From Prevotella sp. (lineage in GTDB: Bacteria; Bacteroidota; Bacteroidia; Bacteroidales; Dysgonomonadaceae): 64,000 nt of DNA. Below are positions 28,801 to 38,971 of this stretch, in pieces (position 1 is the first letter of the stretch; every line of letters starts with the position of its first letter). The stretch lies in contig JAITVV010000073.1 in assembly GCA_031285625.1 (NCBI GenBank), positions 50,357 to 114,356 of the forward strand. The letters are read 5' to 3'. A program made the translations under genes and the position numbers. The notes below the pieces were generated by a model. The model searched no databases. It was not told where the DNA came from and was given only the letters and a program-made list of their open reading frames with translations.

Positions 28801-30311
28801 ATGCAATAAGTAATACCTTCCAGAGGATTACCAAATTCGATACGTCCATTTGAACACAAGTAACCTTTTTGTGTAAGAGATTGATCATAAACAAAGATTT
28901 TACCTCCCTTTGTTGACACCCAGAGATTCCTGTTACTGTCTTCGAAAATACTGCGTATATCATTATTAATTGTGGAATGGATATTGGGATCTACAGTTAT
29001 TGATTTATAAACATCATTACTAAAAATAACCTTGTCAAGTCCATGCGACCGGGTACTCATCCAGAGATTTCCCTGCCTGTCGGAAAAAGCCGTATGCATC
29101 ATATTCGAGAAACGCCAATCGGGAGAAGACGGCTCATTAAAAAACGGCACTAATGCATCTTTCTCTGTATTATACCAGGCAAATCCACCACCGCGCAGAT
29201 GTACCCACAAACGGTTATCCTTATCCTCGAAAATGAAAAAGTTAGAAGGGAACACATTAGATACTGCACTTTCGGTTTTTAATTCAAAGTGTCTGAATAT
29301 CTTAGTCACCGGACTAAATTTTGCTACACCTGCGTAATCCGTCTCAAACCATACATTTTTTGATTTATCTATATAGCAGGAAAGAATGCTATTAGTCCGC
29401 ATACCGGATGTATTAGACATATCATACTTCACAAAACTTTTCAATGATTGATCATAAGTATAAAAGCCATTGTCGCGTGTTGCTATCAATAGCTGATTAT
29501 TATCAATATTACCTATATATCTAATCTCTGATTTTGAATCGACCTGTAGTAATTCCGAATCACCATTTTTCTTATTATAAATCCATATCCTGCCATTACT
29601 TGATCCGAACCAGATTTTATCATCGAGTTCCATCACTGAATAAAAATCCTGAGCAGAGTTTATTTCTACATATGATTTTTCAGTAAAAAAGCTATTTATC
29701 TTCCCATCAGAAGATATCAGGTATAATCCGTTATTTGTTAACAGCCATGAATTTAACTCTCTATCCTCATATACGGCATGTATGGTATTTGCATTGATCC
29801 TGTTATTTTCTTTATTATATATCTCAATATTAAATGTAGAATCAGTTACACAGACACACCCCATATTGTCAGACAAAAGCCATACTTTACCTGAAGGAGC
29901 AGTAACTATTTTCGAAGCTATAAAAGTAAGATTCTCATGCCCCTTTACAGAGCGTATTCCCATAAACTCTTCCTTTTGGGGGTCAAATCGGTGCGGCTCC
30001 CTGTCATAGGGTAATGTCCAGATATAGCCATACTTATCTTCACTTATAAAGTCTATACGGTTACTCCGCATATGATATTTATCCCCCTGCTGTATCTTAT
30101 ATGTATAGAAGTTATATCCATCGAAGCGGCAAAGGCCATTCCATGTAGAAAACCACATAAATCCTTTCCGGTCTTGTACAATACTCATTATAGTATGCTG
30201 GGGCAATCCATCTTCAGGACCATAATGTTCAAAAAAGCATTTTTGCTGACAAAATGTAGGTAATCCAGCAATGCCAAGTATAAAAACAAGAATGGTTAGT
30301 TTCAATTTCAT
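25884..30311 (-). CDS. Hybrid two-component system sensor-regulator (beta-propeller, Y_Y_Y, HisKA, HATPase, REC, AraC)
   Basis: Reg_prop repeats 'DxxGxxWxxT', 'YTNLSPGKYTFRVK', 'SHEIRTPLT', 'GIGLSIV', 'SDIMMP', AraC 'YFTQIFKSIVGMTPSEY'. Confidence 0.96.
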   Translation of the reverse strand: MKLKLTILVFILGIAGLPTFCQQKCFFEHYGPEDGLPQHTIMSIVQDRKGFMWFSTWNGLCRFDGYNFYTYKIQQGDKYHMRSNRIDFISEDKYGYIWTLPYDREPHRFDPQKEEFMGIRSVKGHENLTFIASKIVTAPSGKVWLLSDNMGCVCVTDSTFNIEIYNKENNRINANTIHAVYEDRELNSWLLTNNGLYLISSDGKINSFFTEKSYVEINSAQDFYSVMELDDKIWFGSSNGRIWIYNKKNGDSELLQVDSKSEIRYIGNIDNNQLLIATRDNGFYTYDQSLKSFVKYDMSNTSGMRTNSILSCYIDKSKNVWFETDYAGVAKFSPVTKIFRHFELKTESAVSNVFPSNFFIFEDKDNRLWVHLRGGGFAWYNTEKDALVPFFNEPSSPDWRFSNMMHTAFSDRQGNLWMSTRSHGLDKVIFSNDVYKSITVDPNIHSTINNDIRSIFEDSNRNLWVSTKGGKIFVYDQSLTQKGYLCSNGRIEFGNPLEGITYCIIEDSNKNIWLGTKGEGVYKLTPSGNSYSIKHYRHSPDNLYSLSNNSVYAIFEDNKKRIWVGTYGGGLNLLDEKEERFINYRNNLKNYPAQYGSQIRTILSDKFGNICVGTTLGLIMFSPNFTSVNDIDYKFYTRIPEDNESLSENDVYDICTTKKGETYIATFGGGVNKIEAVDNMGFPTKFISYTIKDGLPLDVVLTIVEDKDGKLWITTEGNVTKFDPETKSFETYSEINRLIDRQNFSEGARCTTQSGIVYIGYSKGVLSIDPESIGRYDKNLFKPYLALTKFQIANKDVPIGGDSPLKENIDDQNYIKLNHKQNFINIEFVALDYIEPKRITYAYKLEGFEEDWIITKKQRIANYTNLSPGKYTFRVKSTNSDGIWMDNEHTLTIEITPSFWQTGWSYLLYFIIVGAILYIILRTLFVFYRLRDKVKLEHEQTEMKTRFFTDISHEIRTPLTMIVSPVENIIDNEHTPGDIKSQLQLVLKNASRMQRMVNQILDFRKIQKQKLNIQETQIGEYVSEICNNFSKIAEFQNINLKFNDRTDGEKIWIDRDSVEKLVFNLLSNAFKYTSVEKTIEVSVNKNSKDRTVAIEVKDEGRGMSKEILSKLFTRFASFNKDKSKPSTGIGLSIVKEVADKHHAKIAVDSEVNEGSVFTVLFPMGIDHFKEDENIIFVYTDTVKEEGSKESIETIEEVSESETIKSTDDNRDQETILVVEDDSDLRRFIVTILSPHYNVLDAENGKQGYEVAVKAIPDFILSDIMMPELDGVGLLQKIRSNSDTSHIPFILLTAKTDMESRLDSLEYGADDYITKPFSVKYLKARIDNIIRQRKRLYDTYGAVQKPVGAKPVQIEKDAEPGLRITPQDELFIKKIKEEIENNIDNSDFVVDDLAAATAMSRTVFFKKLKSLTGFSPIEFIRDVKIKYAAALLKTQQYTVKEVSYMIGISDTKYFTQIFKSIVGMTPSEYKNKSKEL

Positions 30312-30363
30312 AGCAGATCAGGTTTGATACAAATATAATTAGTTTTGAGGAAAATATCGTATA

Positions 30364-30403
30364 AAGTCAATTTGTCCCCCTCAAAAAAAATATTTTAACC
30401 CCC
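30364..30403 (+). promoter_or_regulatory. Candidate HTCS-binding tandem site upstream of susC
   Basis: AAGTCAATTTGTCCCCC ... ATTTTAACCCCC. The first half matches the site at 25054-25069. Confidence 0.5.
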
Positions 30404-30488
30404 ATTATTTCAGAAAATCGTACATAAATTGCACCCGAAATCTATTAACCGTGAAAATATAAGCCTTCTTATAATACCAATATTTATA

Positions 30489-30514
30489 GAATAAGGAATA
30501 AGGAATAAGGAATA
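30489..30514. repeat. Short tandem repeat (GAATAAG)x3.7 in the susC leader
   Basis: gaataag gaataag gaataag gaata. Confidence 0.75.
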
Positions 30515-30562
30515 CTGAATTCACAAACACATTAAAAAAAATTAATATTTAAATCTACAACC

Positions 30563-33500
30563 ATGCAAAAGACAATCAAAAAATTTTTGTCCTTGATTTG
30601 TATCTCGTTGTTTCTCTTATGTGGGCAAAATGTATACGCTCAACAGAAAGAAATAAAGGGCACAGTGACCGACTCCCAAGGAGAACCCCTGATTGGCGTT
30701 ACTATCGCTGTAAAGGGTACAACCAAAGCCACCATGACAGATATGGATGGTACTTATACACTTTCGGTAGGAAACGATGCAAAAACATTAATTGCAACTT
30801 TCGTAGGAATGAGACCAAATGAAAAGGCTATAGCAGGAACTGTTATAGATTTCACAATGGAAGATCTTAGTTCCGAATTAGAAGAAGTTGTAGTTATCGG
30901 TTATGGAACAGTAAAAAGGAAAGACCTGACAGGATCGGTTTCTTCTGTTAATGCTGATGCAATTGCTGCAGTACCAGTAGCTAACGTTACAGAAGCTATT
31001 ACCGGTAAACTGGCCGGGGTACAGATTACAACCACAGAAGGTTCACCTGATGCTGAAATGAAAGTACGTGTACGTGGTGGAGGTTCCATTACAGGAGATA
31101 ATACTCCATTATTTATAGTTGACGGTTTTCCGGTGCAATCAATTAGTGATATAGCACCTTCAGATATAGAATCGATAGATGTATTGAAAGATGCGTCTTC
31201 TACGGCAATTTATGGTTCCCGTGGTGCAAATGGTGTAGTCCTTGTTACTACAAAATCGGGTAAAGAAGGTAAGATAAGCGTAAACTACAATGCTTACTAT
31301 AGCTGGAAAAAAATAGCCAAAACATTGGATGTTCTTTCTCCAAAGGATTACGCATCCTGGCAATATGAACTGGCAATGTTAAATGATGATATCAAATCGT
31401 ATACAGATTTCTTCGGAAATTATCAGGATATAGACTTGTATGATAATGTTCGGTCCAACGACTGGCAAGACCTCACATTCGGGCGTACAGGACATACATT
31501 CAATCACAACCTGAGTATTACAGGCGGAAATGACAAGATACGCTATGCATTTAGTTATTCACATATGAATGACAAAGCGATTATGGTTGGCTCAAGTTTT
31601 AAACGTGATAATTTCAGTTTGAAGCTTAATACAAATCCGGCAAAGAATGTTTCTGTCGACCTGTCTGTCCGTTATTCCGACACTGATATTAATGGTGGCG
31701 GTGCTAATGATGTAGATAGCAATTATGATTCTGACAAACGTTTAAAATATTCTGTAATTTATACTCCGTTCCCATTAGCTAACCTTACATCGGAAGCAGG
31801 TAGCTCTGATGACGATCTTGGAAACCTTTTCCATCCGTTGACAGCAATATCCGACAATGACCGTAAACAAACGCGCAAAACATTAAATATGTCAGGAAGC
31901 GTAGGTTGGGAAGTTTTTGATAATTTCCGCCTTAGAGCCGAAATGGGCTTGGATGACTACAGGAATAATGATAATCGCTATTGGGGATTGACTACTTATT
32001 ATATCAAAAATGTTCCATCTTCGACAAACCAGGGACATCCGGCAATCCAGTTAAAAAATACCTCACGCCAAACATTCCGTAGTACAAATACTGTAAATTA
32101 TGACTTTAAAAAACTGTTAGGAAACGACCATCACCTTAATTTAATGGGAGGTCATGAGTATGTTATTACGAAAGAAAATATCCAGACAAATGTTGTACAT
32201 GGATTTCCAAAAACATTTACTGCCGAAGAAGCATGGAAATACTCAACAGAAGGTAAAGCAAACTCTATAGATAATCATTATAATCCGGATAACAGACTAT
32301 TATCTTATTTTGGCCGTATAAATTATGACTACCAAAGCAGATATCTATTTAGTGCTACTTTCCGTGCCGATGGTTCTTCTAAATTTGGAGACGGAAATAA
32401 ATGGGGATATTTCCCATCCGCAGCTCTTGCATGGCGTATTTCTTCCGAATCTTTTATGGCAGGAACAAAGAGTTGGTTAGATGACCTCAAACTACGCTTA
32501 AGCTATGGTACTGCCGGTAATAATAACATTCCTTCAGGACAGATAACACAAATGTACGAATCAAAAACTACCGAATGGATAAACGGATTTGGTAACTATT
32601 GGGCTCCATCAAAATATATGGCTAACCCAGACCTGAAATGGGAAACTACAGTTACCCGTAATCTTGGTCTAGACTTTACATTCCTTGGTGGCAGGTTAAG
32701 CGGTACAGTCGAAGGATACATCAATACTACAAAAGATTTGCTTATCGAATTCCCGGTACCCGGATCGGGCTATGACTACCAATACAGAAACATGGGTAAA
32801 ACTCAAAACACAGGTTTTGAGGCTTCTCTTAACTGGGTAGCAATTGATAAGAAAGATTATGGATTAAGCTTAAGTGCAAATATAGGGTTTAATAAAAATA
32901 AGATTAAATCGCTTGGAACAATGGAAGACTTCGGAGCATCTACATCGTGGGCATCTACCGAAATCGGATATGATTACTGGATTGCTACCGGAGGGTCTGT
33001 AGGACAGATATATGGATACCGTTCAGATGGCAGATATGAAGTAAGTGACTTTACAGGCTACAATGAATCAACTAAAAAATGGGAAGTAGATAAATCTGTG
33101 GCACCGGACGCATCAGGAGCAATAGGTACAGTACGCCCGGGTTCTATGAAAATAAAGGATCTGAATGGAGACGGTATTATTGATGCAAACGACAAAGAAG
33201 TGATAGGTGATGCTAATCCAACTCACACAGGAGGATTTACAATATCAGGAAGATTATATGGATTCGATCTATCTGCCAACTTTAACTGGAGTGTGGGTAA
33301 TGATGTTTACAATGCTAACAAGGTTGAATTTACTGAAACCGGTAAATATTCATACCGAAACCTGACTACAGATATGGCAAGTGGAAACCGTTGGACAAAT
33401 CTTCGTGCTGACGGTACAATCTCTAACAATGCAGATGAACTTATAGCAATGAATGCCAATACTTCTATGTGGTCACCATGGACATCCAAAATGGTATTTA

Positions 33501-33766
33501 CCGATTGGGCAGTAGAGGACGGATCTTTCCTTCGACTGAATACATTAACCATAGGTTATACTTTACCTAAATCTTTGACGACTAAAGCGAAAATACAGAA
33601 TGCCCGCTTTTATGTTACAGGTTATAACCTGTTCTGTATAACCGGTTATTCTGGCTATGATCCTGAGGTTTCAACTATGCGCAGAACGAACCTTACACCG
33701 GGCGTAGATTATTCGGCATATCCAAAAAGCCGTCAGTTTGTTGTAGGTGTTAACTTAAATTTCTAA
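30563..33766 (+). CDS. susC: SusC/RagA TonB-dependent transporter
   Basis: 'EVVVIGYG..KRKDLTGSVSSV', 'LKDASSTAIYGSRGANGV', 'NPDLKWET', C-terminal 'GVNLNF'. Confidence 0.97.
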   Translation: MQKTIKKFLSLICISLFLLCGQNVYAQQKEIKGTVTDSQGEPLIGVTIAVKGTTKATMTDMDGTYTLSVGNDAKTLIATFVGMRPNEKAIAGTVIDFTMEDLSSELEEVVVIGYGTVKRKDLTGSVSSVNADAIAAVPVANVTEAITGKLAGVQITTTEGSPDAEMKVRVRGGGSITGDNTPLFIVDGFPVQSISDIAPSDIESIDVLKDASSTAIYGSRGANGVVLVTTKSGKEGKISVNYNAYYSWKKIAKTLDVLSPKDYASWQYELAMLNDDIKSYTDFFGNYQDIDLYDNVRSNDWQDLTFGRTGHTFNHNLSITGGNDKIRYAFSYSHMNDKAIMVGSSFKRDNFSLKLNTNPAKNVSVDLSVRYSDTDINGGGANDVDSNYDSDKRLKYSVIYTPFPLANLTSEAGSSDDDLGNLFHPLTAISDNDRKQTRKTLNMSGSVGWEVFDNFRLRAEMGLDDYRNNDNRYWGLTTYYIKNVPSSTNQGHPAIQLKNTSRQTFRSTNTVNYDFKKLLGNDHHLNLMGGHEYVITKENIQTNVVHGFPKTFTAEEAWKYSTEGKANSIDNHYNPDNRLLSYFGRINYDYQSRYLFSATFRADGSSKFGDGNKWGYFPSAALAWRISSESFMAGTKSWLDDLKLRLSYGTAGNNNIPSGQITQMYESKTTEWINGFGNYWAPSKYMANPDLKWETTVTRNLGLDFTFLGGRLSGTVEGYINTTKDLLIEFPVPGSGYDYQYRNMGKTQNTGFEASLNWVAIDKKDYGLSLSANIGFNKNKIKSLGTMEDFGASTSWASTEIGYDYWIATGGSVGQIYGYRSDGRYEVSDFTGYNESTKKWEVDKSVAPDASGAIGTVRPGSMKIKDLNGDGIIDANDKEVIGDANPTHTGGFTISGRLYGFDLSANFNWSVGNDVYNANKVEFTETGKYSYRNLTTDMASGNRWTNLRADGTISNNADELIAMNANTSMWSPWTSKMVFTDWAVEDGSFLRLNTLTIGYTLPKSLTTKAKIQNARFYVTGYNLFCITGYSGYDPEVSTMRRTNLTPGVDYSAYPKSRQFVVGVNLNF

Positions 33767-33784
33767 ATATAAAACTGGAAAACA

Positions 33785-35563
33785 ATGAAAAAATTTATAT
33801 ATAAATCAATCTTGGCTTTGTCTCTGGCTGGTATAATAACAGCTTGTGACCTCGAAACAGATCCAAAATCTTCGGCAGAACCTGAATCCGTTTTTAAAAT
33901 ATACGGACTTGCCGAAAAGGCTGTAATGGCAATACACCAATCTTTTGGTGAACAAAATTCTTACAGAGGCAGATTCCTTCCATATTATGGGATTAATTCG
34001 GATGTGGAATGGATTAATAATATGGATGCAGCTAAAATAACTACTGATGCTAAATATCAGTTGGCTACTTACGCTCCTACTTCTACAAATACCGAAATGA
34101 ATACGGATAATAACGCATGGGCAAAATTCTATGAAGGCATTGAACGTGCAAATATGGCTATAGTTGGACTACGCACTCATGGTAATGTGGAAACAGATGC
34201 TGATATGGCTCATCTTTTAGGAGAAGCGTTGACTTTAAGAGCCGTTATTTATCTCGACTTAGTAAAAGCGTGGGGAGATGTACCAGCACGATTCGAACCG
34301 GTTACGCCTCAAACAATTTATACACCAAGATCTGACCGTGACGTGATATATAAACAAATTCTTGCAGATCTTAAAGAAGCTGAAGCTTTGGTAGCATGGC
34401 CAAACAGGTCTACTCAGACCATGACTGTAGAACGTGTAAATAAAGCTTTTGTAAAAGCCCTCAGAGCACGTATTGCATTATATGCCGGAGGATACAGCCA
34501 GCGTAAGGACGGTGTGCGCCTGAGTACAGATCCTGAGTTAAGCAGGGCCGAAATGTATAAGATAGCCAAAGAAGAATGCCTTGACATTATAAATAATGGT
34601 TCAAACAAATTGGGTTCTTTCGAACAAAATTTCAGACGGCTTTGTGAAGACCTTGTAGAAGCCGGAGAAGAATCAATCTGGGAAATTCCTTTCGCAGACG
34701 GACGCGGACGTGTACTTTACACATTCGGTGTACAACATCAGGCAGCAGACCAATATACAGGACAAGCAAAAGGTGGTGTAAACGGGCCGTTACCTTATCT
34801 TTTCTATGATTATGATTTGGAAGATGTACGTCGCGATATTACATGTGTTCCTTATGAATGGTCAAAAGAAAGTATAAGCAGGCAACAACTTCGTTCTCTT
34901 AAAACATGGTGTTTTGGTAAACTTCGTTACGAATGGATGAAACGTAAAGTAACTTCAACAAATGACGATGGTGTAAACTGGCAGTATATGCGTTTAGCCG
35001 ATGTATATCTGATGGCTGCTGAAGCTATCAATGAACTGGAAGGACCAAACAATGCCGCACAATATATGAAACCAATCTTAGATCGCGCTCTTCCTGCTGC
35101 TAAAGCAGATGCATATATGTCAAAAGCAACGGCAAGCAAGGATGCATTCTTTAATGCGATTGTAGAACAACGTGCATTCGAATTTGCCGGAGAATCTCTA
35201 CGTAGGGCTGACCTTATCCGTTGGAATCTATTAAAGACCAAACTGGATGAAGCTAAAGCAAAGATGACGCAATTGGCAAGACGCGAAGGAGCTTACAAAA
35301 ACCTTCCTGAAAAGCTATATTATAAGACAGATGTTGATAACGAAACATTGCTTATCTATGGTCTTAATCATGGCGAAACTGACGAACAAGGGCAAAAACT
35401 GATAGATGAAGAAGGATACCTGAGTGATACATGGATCAATACTGATAAGCTTACTGATGCACTTATCAACGCGCTGTATCAGAAAGATCCGAACCAAAAC
35501 CAATACTGGCCTATCTGGCAAACCTTTATCGACAGTAGTAACGGCACATTAACAAATGATTAA
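33785..35563 (+). CDS. susD: RagB/SusD nutrient-binding lipoprotein
   Basis: Lipobox ITAC, 'GEALTLRA..YLDLVKAWGDVP', 'RLADVYLMAAEA', 'EFAGESLRRADLIRW'. Confidence 0.95.
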   Translation: MKKFIYKSILALSLAGIITACDLETDPKSSAEPESVFKIYGLAEKAVMAIHQSFGEQNSYRGRFLPYYGINSDVEWINNMDAAKITTDAKYQLATYAPTSTNTEMNTDNNAWAKFYEGIERANMAIVGLRTHGNVETDADMAHLLGEALTLRAVIYLDLVKAWGDVPARFEPVTPQTIYTPRSDRDVIYKQILADLKEAEALVAWPNRSTQTMTVERVNKAFVKALRARIALYAGGYSQRKDGVRLSTDPELSRAEMYKIAKEECLDIINNGSNKLGSFEQNFRRLCEDLVEAGEESIWEIPFADGRGRVLYTFGVQHQAADQYTGQAKGGVNGPLPYLFYDYDLEDVRRDITCVPYEWSKESISRQQLRSLKTWCFGKLRYEWMKRKVTSTNDDGVNWQYMRLADVYLMAAEAINELEGPNNAAQYMKPILDRALPAAKADAYMSKATASKDAFFNAIVEQRAFEFAGESLRRADLIRWNLLKTKLDEAKAKMTQLARREGAYKNLPEKLYYKTDVDNETLLIYGLNHGETDEQGQKLIDEEGYLSDTWINTDKLTDALINALYQKDPNQNQYWPIWQTFIDSSNGTLTND

Positions 35564-35589
35564 TTACCACTATTTATAAAAAACGAATC

Positions 35590-37164
35590 ATGAATAAATT
35601 GAAAAATATATTATATATACTGGGATTATCCATAGCAATGATTTTCACTGGTTGCTCTGATCCTGATGATGAAGTACTAAGCATCGATTACGACCGTTTA
35701 TTTTCGCCTACAGAACTTAAACTCCAGATAGCCAATCGTACAAATGTATTAGTATTATGGAATTCGGTAAAAAAAGCTGAAAGTTACACTATTGAAGTAT
35801 TTGATAATGGTGACCTTAACTTTGAAGGAACTCCGGTTATGACTTTAGATGGAATTGCAAAAAATGGAACACTTTCTGATCCTTACATAATTCAGGGATT
35901 GGAAGGTGAAACTGATTACTCTATCCGGATAAAAGCTATTAGCGCCTCAGTCTCAGACTCAAAATGGTCGAGTGAGAAAATTACAACTGCTACCGAACAA
36001 ATACTGGAAGCGGTTGCAGATGCAGACCGTAAAGCAACTGAAGTAACTCTTCGCTGGCCTGCCGGTATAACAGCTACACAAATGGTATTAACAGCTTTAG
36101 ACAAGAGTGGTAATCCTGTAGGAGATAATATTATCCATACTATCACTGCACAAGAGATAACCAACGGTGCGGTTACTATAAAAGGCTTGAAAGGCTATAC
36201 CTCATATACAGCTAAATTGATGAATGGAACAAAAACCAGAGGAACTGCAACATTCAAAACACGTATAGAAGGTGCAACTGAAGTAAGTGCGGAAGAGAAC
36301 CTTATCGAATTACTAGATGCCGCCAAAGATGGTGATAAATTCGCTTTATTCCCTGGAGAATATGATTTGGGTGAATATACTTTCACTAAATCTGTTTCAA
36401 TAATAGGTCTTGAATCATCAGACCGTCCGGTTCTTACAGGAAAATTCACTTGTAGCACTTCAGTCAATTCACTAGAATTCAGCTCACTGATCATTAAAGG
36501 GAAGGGAGAATTAGAAGATGCAAGTTTCTTCGATCTGGGAACTTCAGCTTCATTAAATTCATTAACAATATCTGACTGTGAAATAAGTAATTATAAGAAC
36601 CAGTTAATATCCAGCAGCGGTTCTGGTGTAATGGGCGACTTGGTCATATCAAATTGCATTATCCACGATATCGAAGGTAGCGGTGGCGATGGTATCGATT
36701 TCCGAGGAGGTACATTAGGCTCATTGAAAGTAGAAAATACTACATTCTACAATGCCTTCCGTACATTCCTGCGTATGCAGGCCAAAGCCGGTCCTATCTC
36801 ATTTACCAATTGTACATTCTATAAAGTGTCGAATTATGACAATGGTAATAATCACGGTCTGTTCAGAATTTCTAACGGAGATACATTCCAAGTTAAAAAT
36901 TGCTTATTCGTTGAAACCGGAAATGCAACAACCACGGTGGCTACAGCTGGTAACTTCTGTCGTCAGGCATCTAATATGAAGGCTACAGCTTCTTATGCAT
37001 CCAACATATATTACAGTTGTTATCAACTATGGGCAGGTCTGTATACCAATCCAACCGAATGTGCTGCAAATGAGGCAGACCCTCAATTCAAAGATCCGGC
37101 TAAAGGAGATTTTACAGTGCAAAATATCGTTGTAAATGCAGGTGACCCTCGTTGGTTAGAATAA
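35590..37164 (+). CDS. Surface lipoprotein with FN3 and beta-helix regions (DUF4957/DUF5123-like), probable pectin-binding protein
   Basis: Lipobox FTGC, 'RLFSP', FN3-like region, repeated 'I.NCTF' strands, C-terminal 'DPQFKDP..GDF...GDPRW'. Confidence 0.8.
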   Translation: MNKLKNILYILGLSIAMIFTGCSDPDDEVLSIDYDRLFSPTELKLQIANRTNVLVLWNSVKKAESYTIEVFDNGDLNFEGTPVMTLDGIAKNGTLSDPYIIQGLEGETDYSIRIKAISASVSDSKWSSEKITTATEQILEAVADADRKATEVTLRWPAGITATQMVLTALDKSGNPVGDNIIHTITAQEITNGAVTIKGLKGYTSYTAKLMNGTKTRGTATFKTRIEGATEVSAEENLIELLDAAKDGDKFALFPGEYDLGEYTFTKSVSIIGLESSDRPVLTGKFTCSTSVNSLEFSSLIIKGKGELEDASFFDLGTSASLNSLTISDCEISNYKNQLISSSGSGVMGDLVISNCIIHDIEGSGGDGIDFRGGTLGSLKVENTTFYNAFRTFLRMQAKAGPISFTNCTFYKVSNYDNGNNHGLFRISNGDTFQVKNCLFVETGNATTTVATAGNFCRQASNMKATASYASNIYYSCYQLWAGLYTNPTECAANEADPQFKDPAKGDFTVQNIVVNAGDPRWLE

Positions 37165-37173
37165 ATATAAATC

Positions 37174-37208
37174 ACTGTTACAGGATTGTTTAATCCTGTA
37201 ACAGTTTT
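37174..37208 (+). terminator. Rho-independent terminator/attenuator after susCD-SGBP
   Basis: ACTGTTACAGGATT-GTTT-AATCCTGTAACAGT is a perfect 14 bp stem followed by TTT. Confidence 0.8.
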
Positions 37209-37298
37209 GAAAACAGAAAAACTTCTTGATAACTATTTCTGGGTATTTCATTACTCAGTAAGGTATTCTGCAATGAAGCCTTTAAAAATTAAGACTCA

Positions 37299-38930
37299 AT
37301 GAAAAGAAACAAAATAATTCAGTTTTTTATAGTATCGCTTCTTGTGTGCTTCGCACAATTTAGCTATGCTCAAAAAAATGAATACAAATACGAATGCCTG
37401 TATAAAGATTTACCTTTTCAGATGCCTCACATTCAACGCCCTGTTTTTCCGGGCAATCAAATTTCAATAGCTGACTACGGAGGAATATCTGATGGAATAA
37501 CCCTAAACACAGAAGCTTTTGAAAAAGCGATGAATGCTCTATCTGTAAAAGGCGGAGGGACACTCATTGTGCCAAGTGGTGTCTGGTATACCGGACCGAT
37601 TGTCTTCAAATCAAATATCAACCTACATCTCGAAAAAGGAGCATTGATACTATTCTCTGCCAATTTCGATTTATACCCATTGGTTAACACTGTATTCGAA
37701 GGTTTGGATACACGCCGTTGCCAGTCTCCTATATCAGGACGTAATCTGGAAAATATAGCTATTACGGGAGAAGGTTCGATAAATGGCTCCGGTCATGCCT
37801 GGCGTCCGCTAAAAAAAGCGAAAGTTACAGAAGCCCATTGGAAAAATGTACTAAAATCCGGAGGAGTAGTCAAAGATGGTAATTACTGGTTTCCTTCGGC
37901 GGGCTCACTCCAAGGTCTTGAAATAAGTGATATGAATGTTCCCCGCAAAAACTTAACAGAAGCTCAATGGCTGGAAATTAAAGATTTTCTCCGCCCGGTC
38001 ATGGTAAGTTTTATCGAATGTAAAAATGTATTGTTGGAAGGCGTACTGTTCGAAAATTCCCCTAGCTGGAATATTCACCCGTTAATGTGTGAAAATGTAA
38101 TAATAGACAATATATATGTCCGTAACCCTGGCTATGCCCAGAATGGCGATGGCGTCGACCTGGAGTCATGCCTTAACTCAATCATTGTAAACAGTATATT
38201 CGATGTAGGTGACGATGCTATCTGCATAAAATCGGGAAAAGATGAAGACGGACGCCGCAGAAACCGTTCCACAGTAAATGTCCTGATAGATAACTGCAAA
38301 GTATTTCAGGGACATGGGGGATTTGTTGTTGGTAGCGAAATGTCAGGAGGTGTGAAAAATATATCTGTTTCCAACTGCCAGTTTCTGGGAACAGACGTCG
38401 GCTTACGCTTCAAAAGCCGCAGAGGACGCGGTGGTGTCGTAGAAAATATTTATATTAGGGATATCAATATGTTTGATATTGCTACCGAATCATTCCTGTT
38501 CGACTTGTATTACGGAGGCAAATCAGCATCCGAATCCCTCGAAGATGGAGATGAAACGCCTGTGGATACAATTGTTCCGGCAGTGGACGAAACTACGCCT
38601 GCTTTCAGGAATATATATGTAAAAAATCTGACTTCGCGGAATGCGCGCAGGGCTATGTTCTTTAATGGACTACCTGAGATGAATATTTCGAATATAAATG
38701 TGGAAAATGTGGTTATTACATCTGAAATTGGAGCTGAACTGGCTGAGTCGAAAGGAATCAATTTCAAGAATGTAAAAATAATACCAAAAGAGGGTCCCGC
38801 TCTTATGTTGAAAAATATAGAAGACTTTACTCTTACCGGTTTCGAATACCCTTCTTCATTAAAGGAAGTGGTGAAAATAAGCGGTAAGAATAAAAATATT
38901 AATTTACCGAAGGATTTAGTTCAAAAATAA
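37299..38930 (+). CDS. Glycoside hydrolase family 28 (polygalacturonase-type)
   Basis: GH28 motifs 'NGDG', '[10 protein letters not shown]', 'GHGG..GSE', 'RFKS'. Confidence 0.93.
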   Translation: MKRNKIIQFFIVSLLVCFAQFSYAQKNEYKYECLYKDLPFQMPHIQRPVFPGNQISIADYGGISDGITLNTEAFEKAMNALSVKGGGTLIVPSGVWYTGPIVFKSNINLHLEKGALILFSANFDLYPLVNTVFEGLDTRRCQSPISGRNLENIAITGEGSINGSGHAWRPLKKAKVTEAHWKNVLKSGGVVKDGNYWFPSAGSLQGLEISDMNVPRKNLTEAQWLEIKDFLRPVMVSFIECKNVLLEGVLFENSPSWNIHPLMCENVIIDNIYVRNPGYAQNGDGVDLESCLNSIIVNSIFDVGDDAICIKSGKDEDGRRRNRSTVNVLIDNCKVFQGHGGFVVGSEMSGGVKNISVSNCQFLGTDVGLRFKSRRGRGGVVENIYIRDINMFDIATESFLFDLYYGGKSASESLEDGDETPVDTIVPAVDETTPAFRNIYVKNLTSRNARRAMFFNGLPEMNISNINVENVVITSEIGAELAESKGINFKNVKIIPKEGPALMLKNIEDFTLTGFEYPSSLKEVVKISGKNKNINLPKDLVQK

Positions 38931-38971
38931 CAAGTAGGTCTGCGACCTCAATAAGAATAAAGGTTAGGTTT

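Noticed and set aside
30312-30562. Invertible (phase-variable) promoter upstream of susC
   Set aside because: No long inverted repeats flank the promoter, and there is no recombinase gene in the window.
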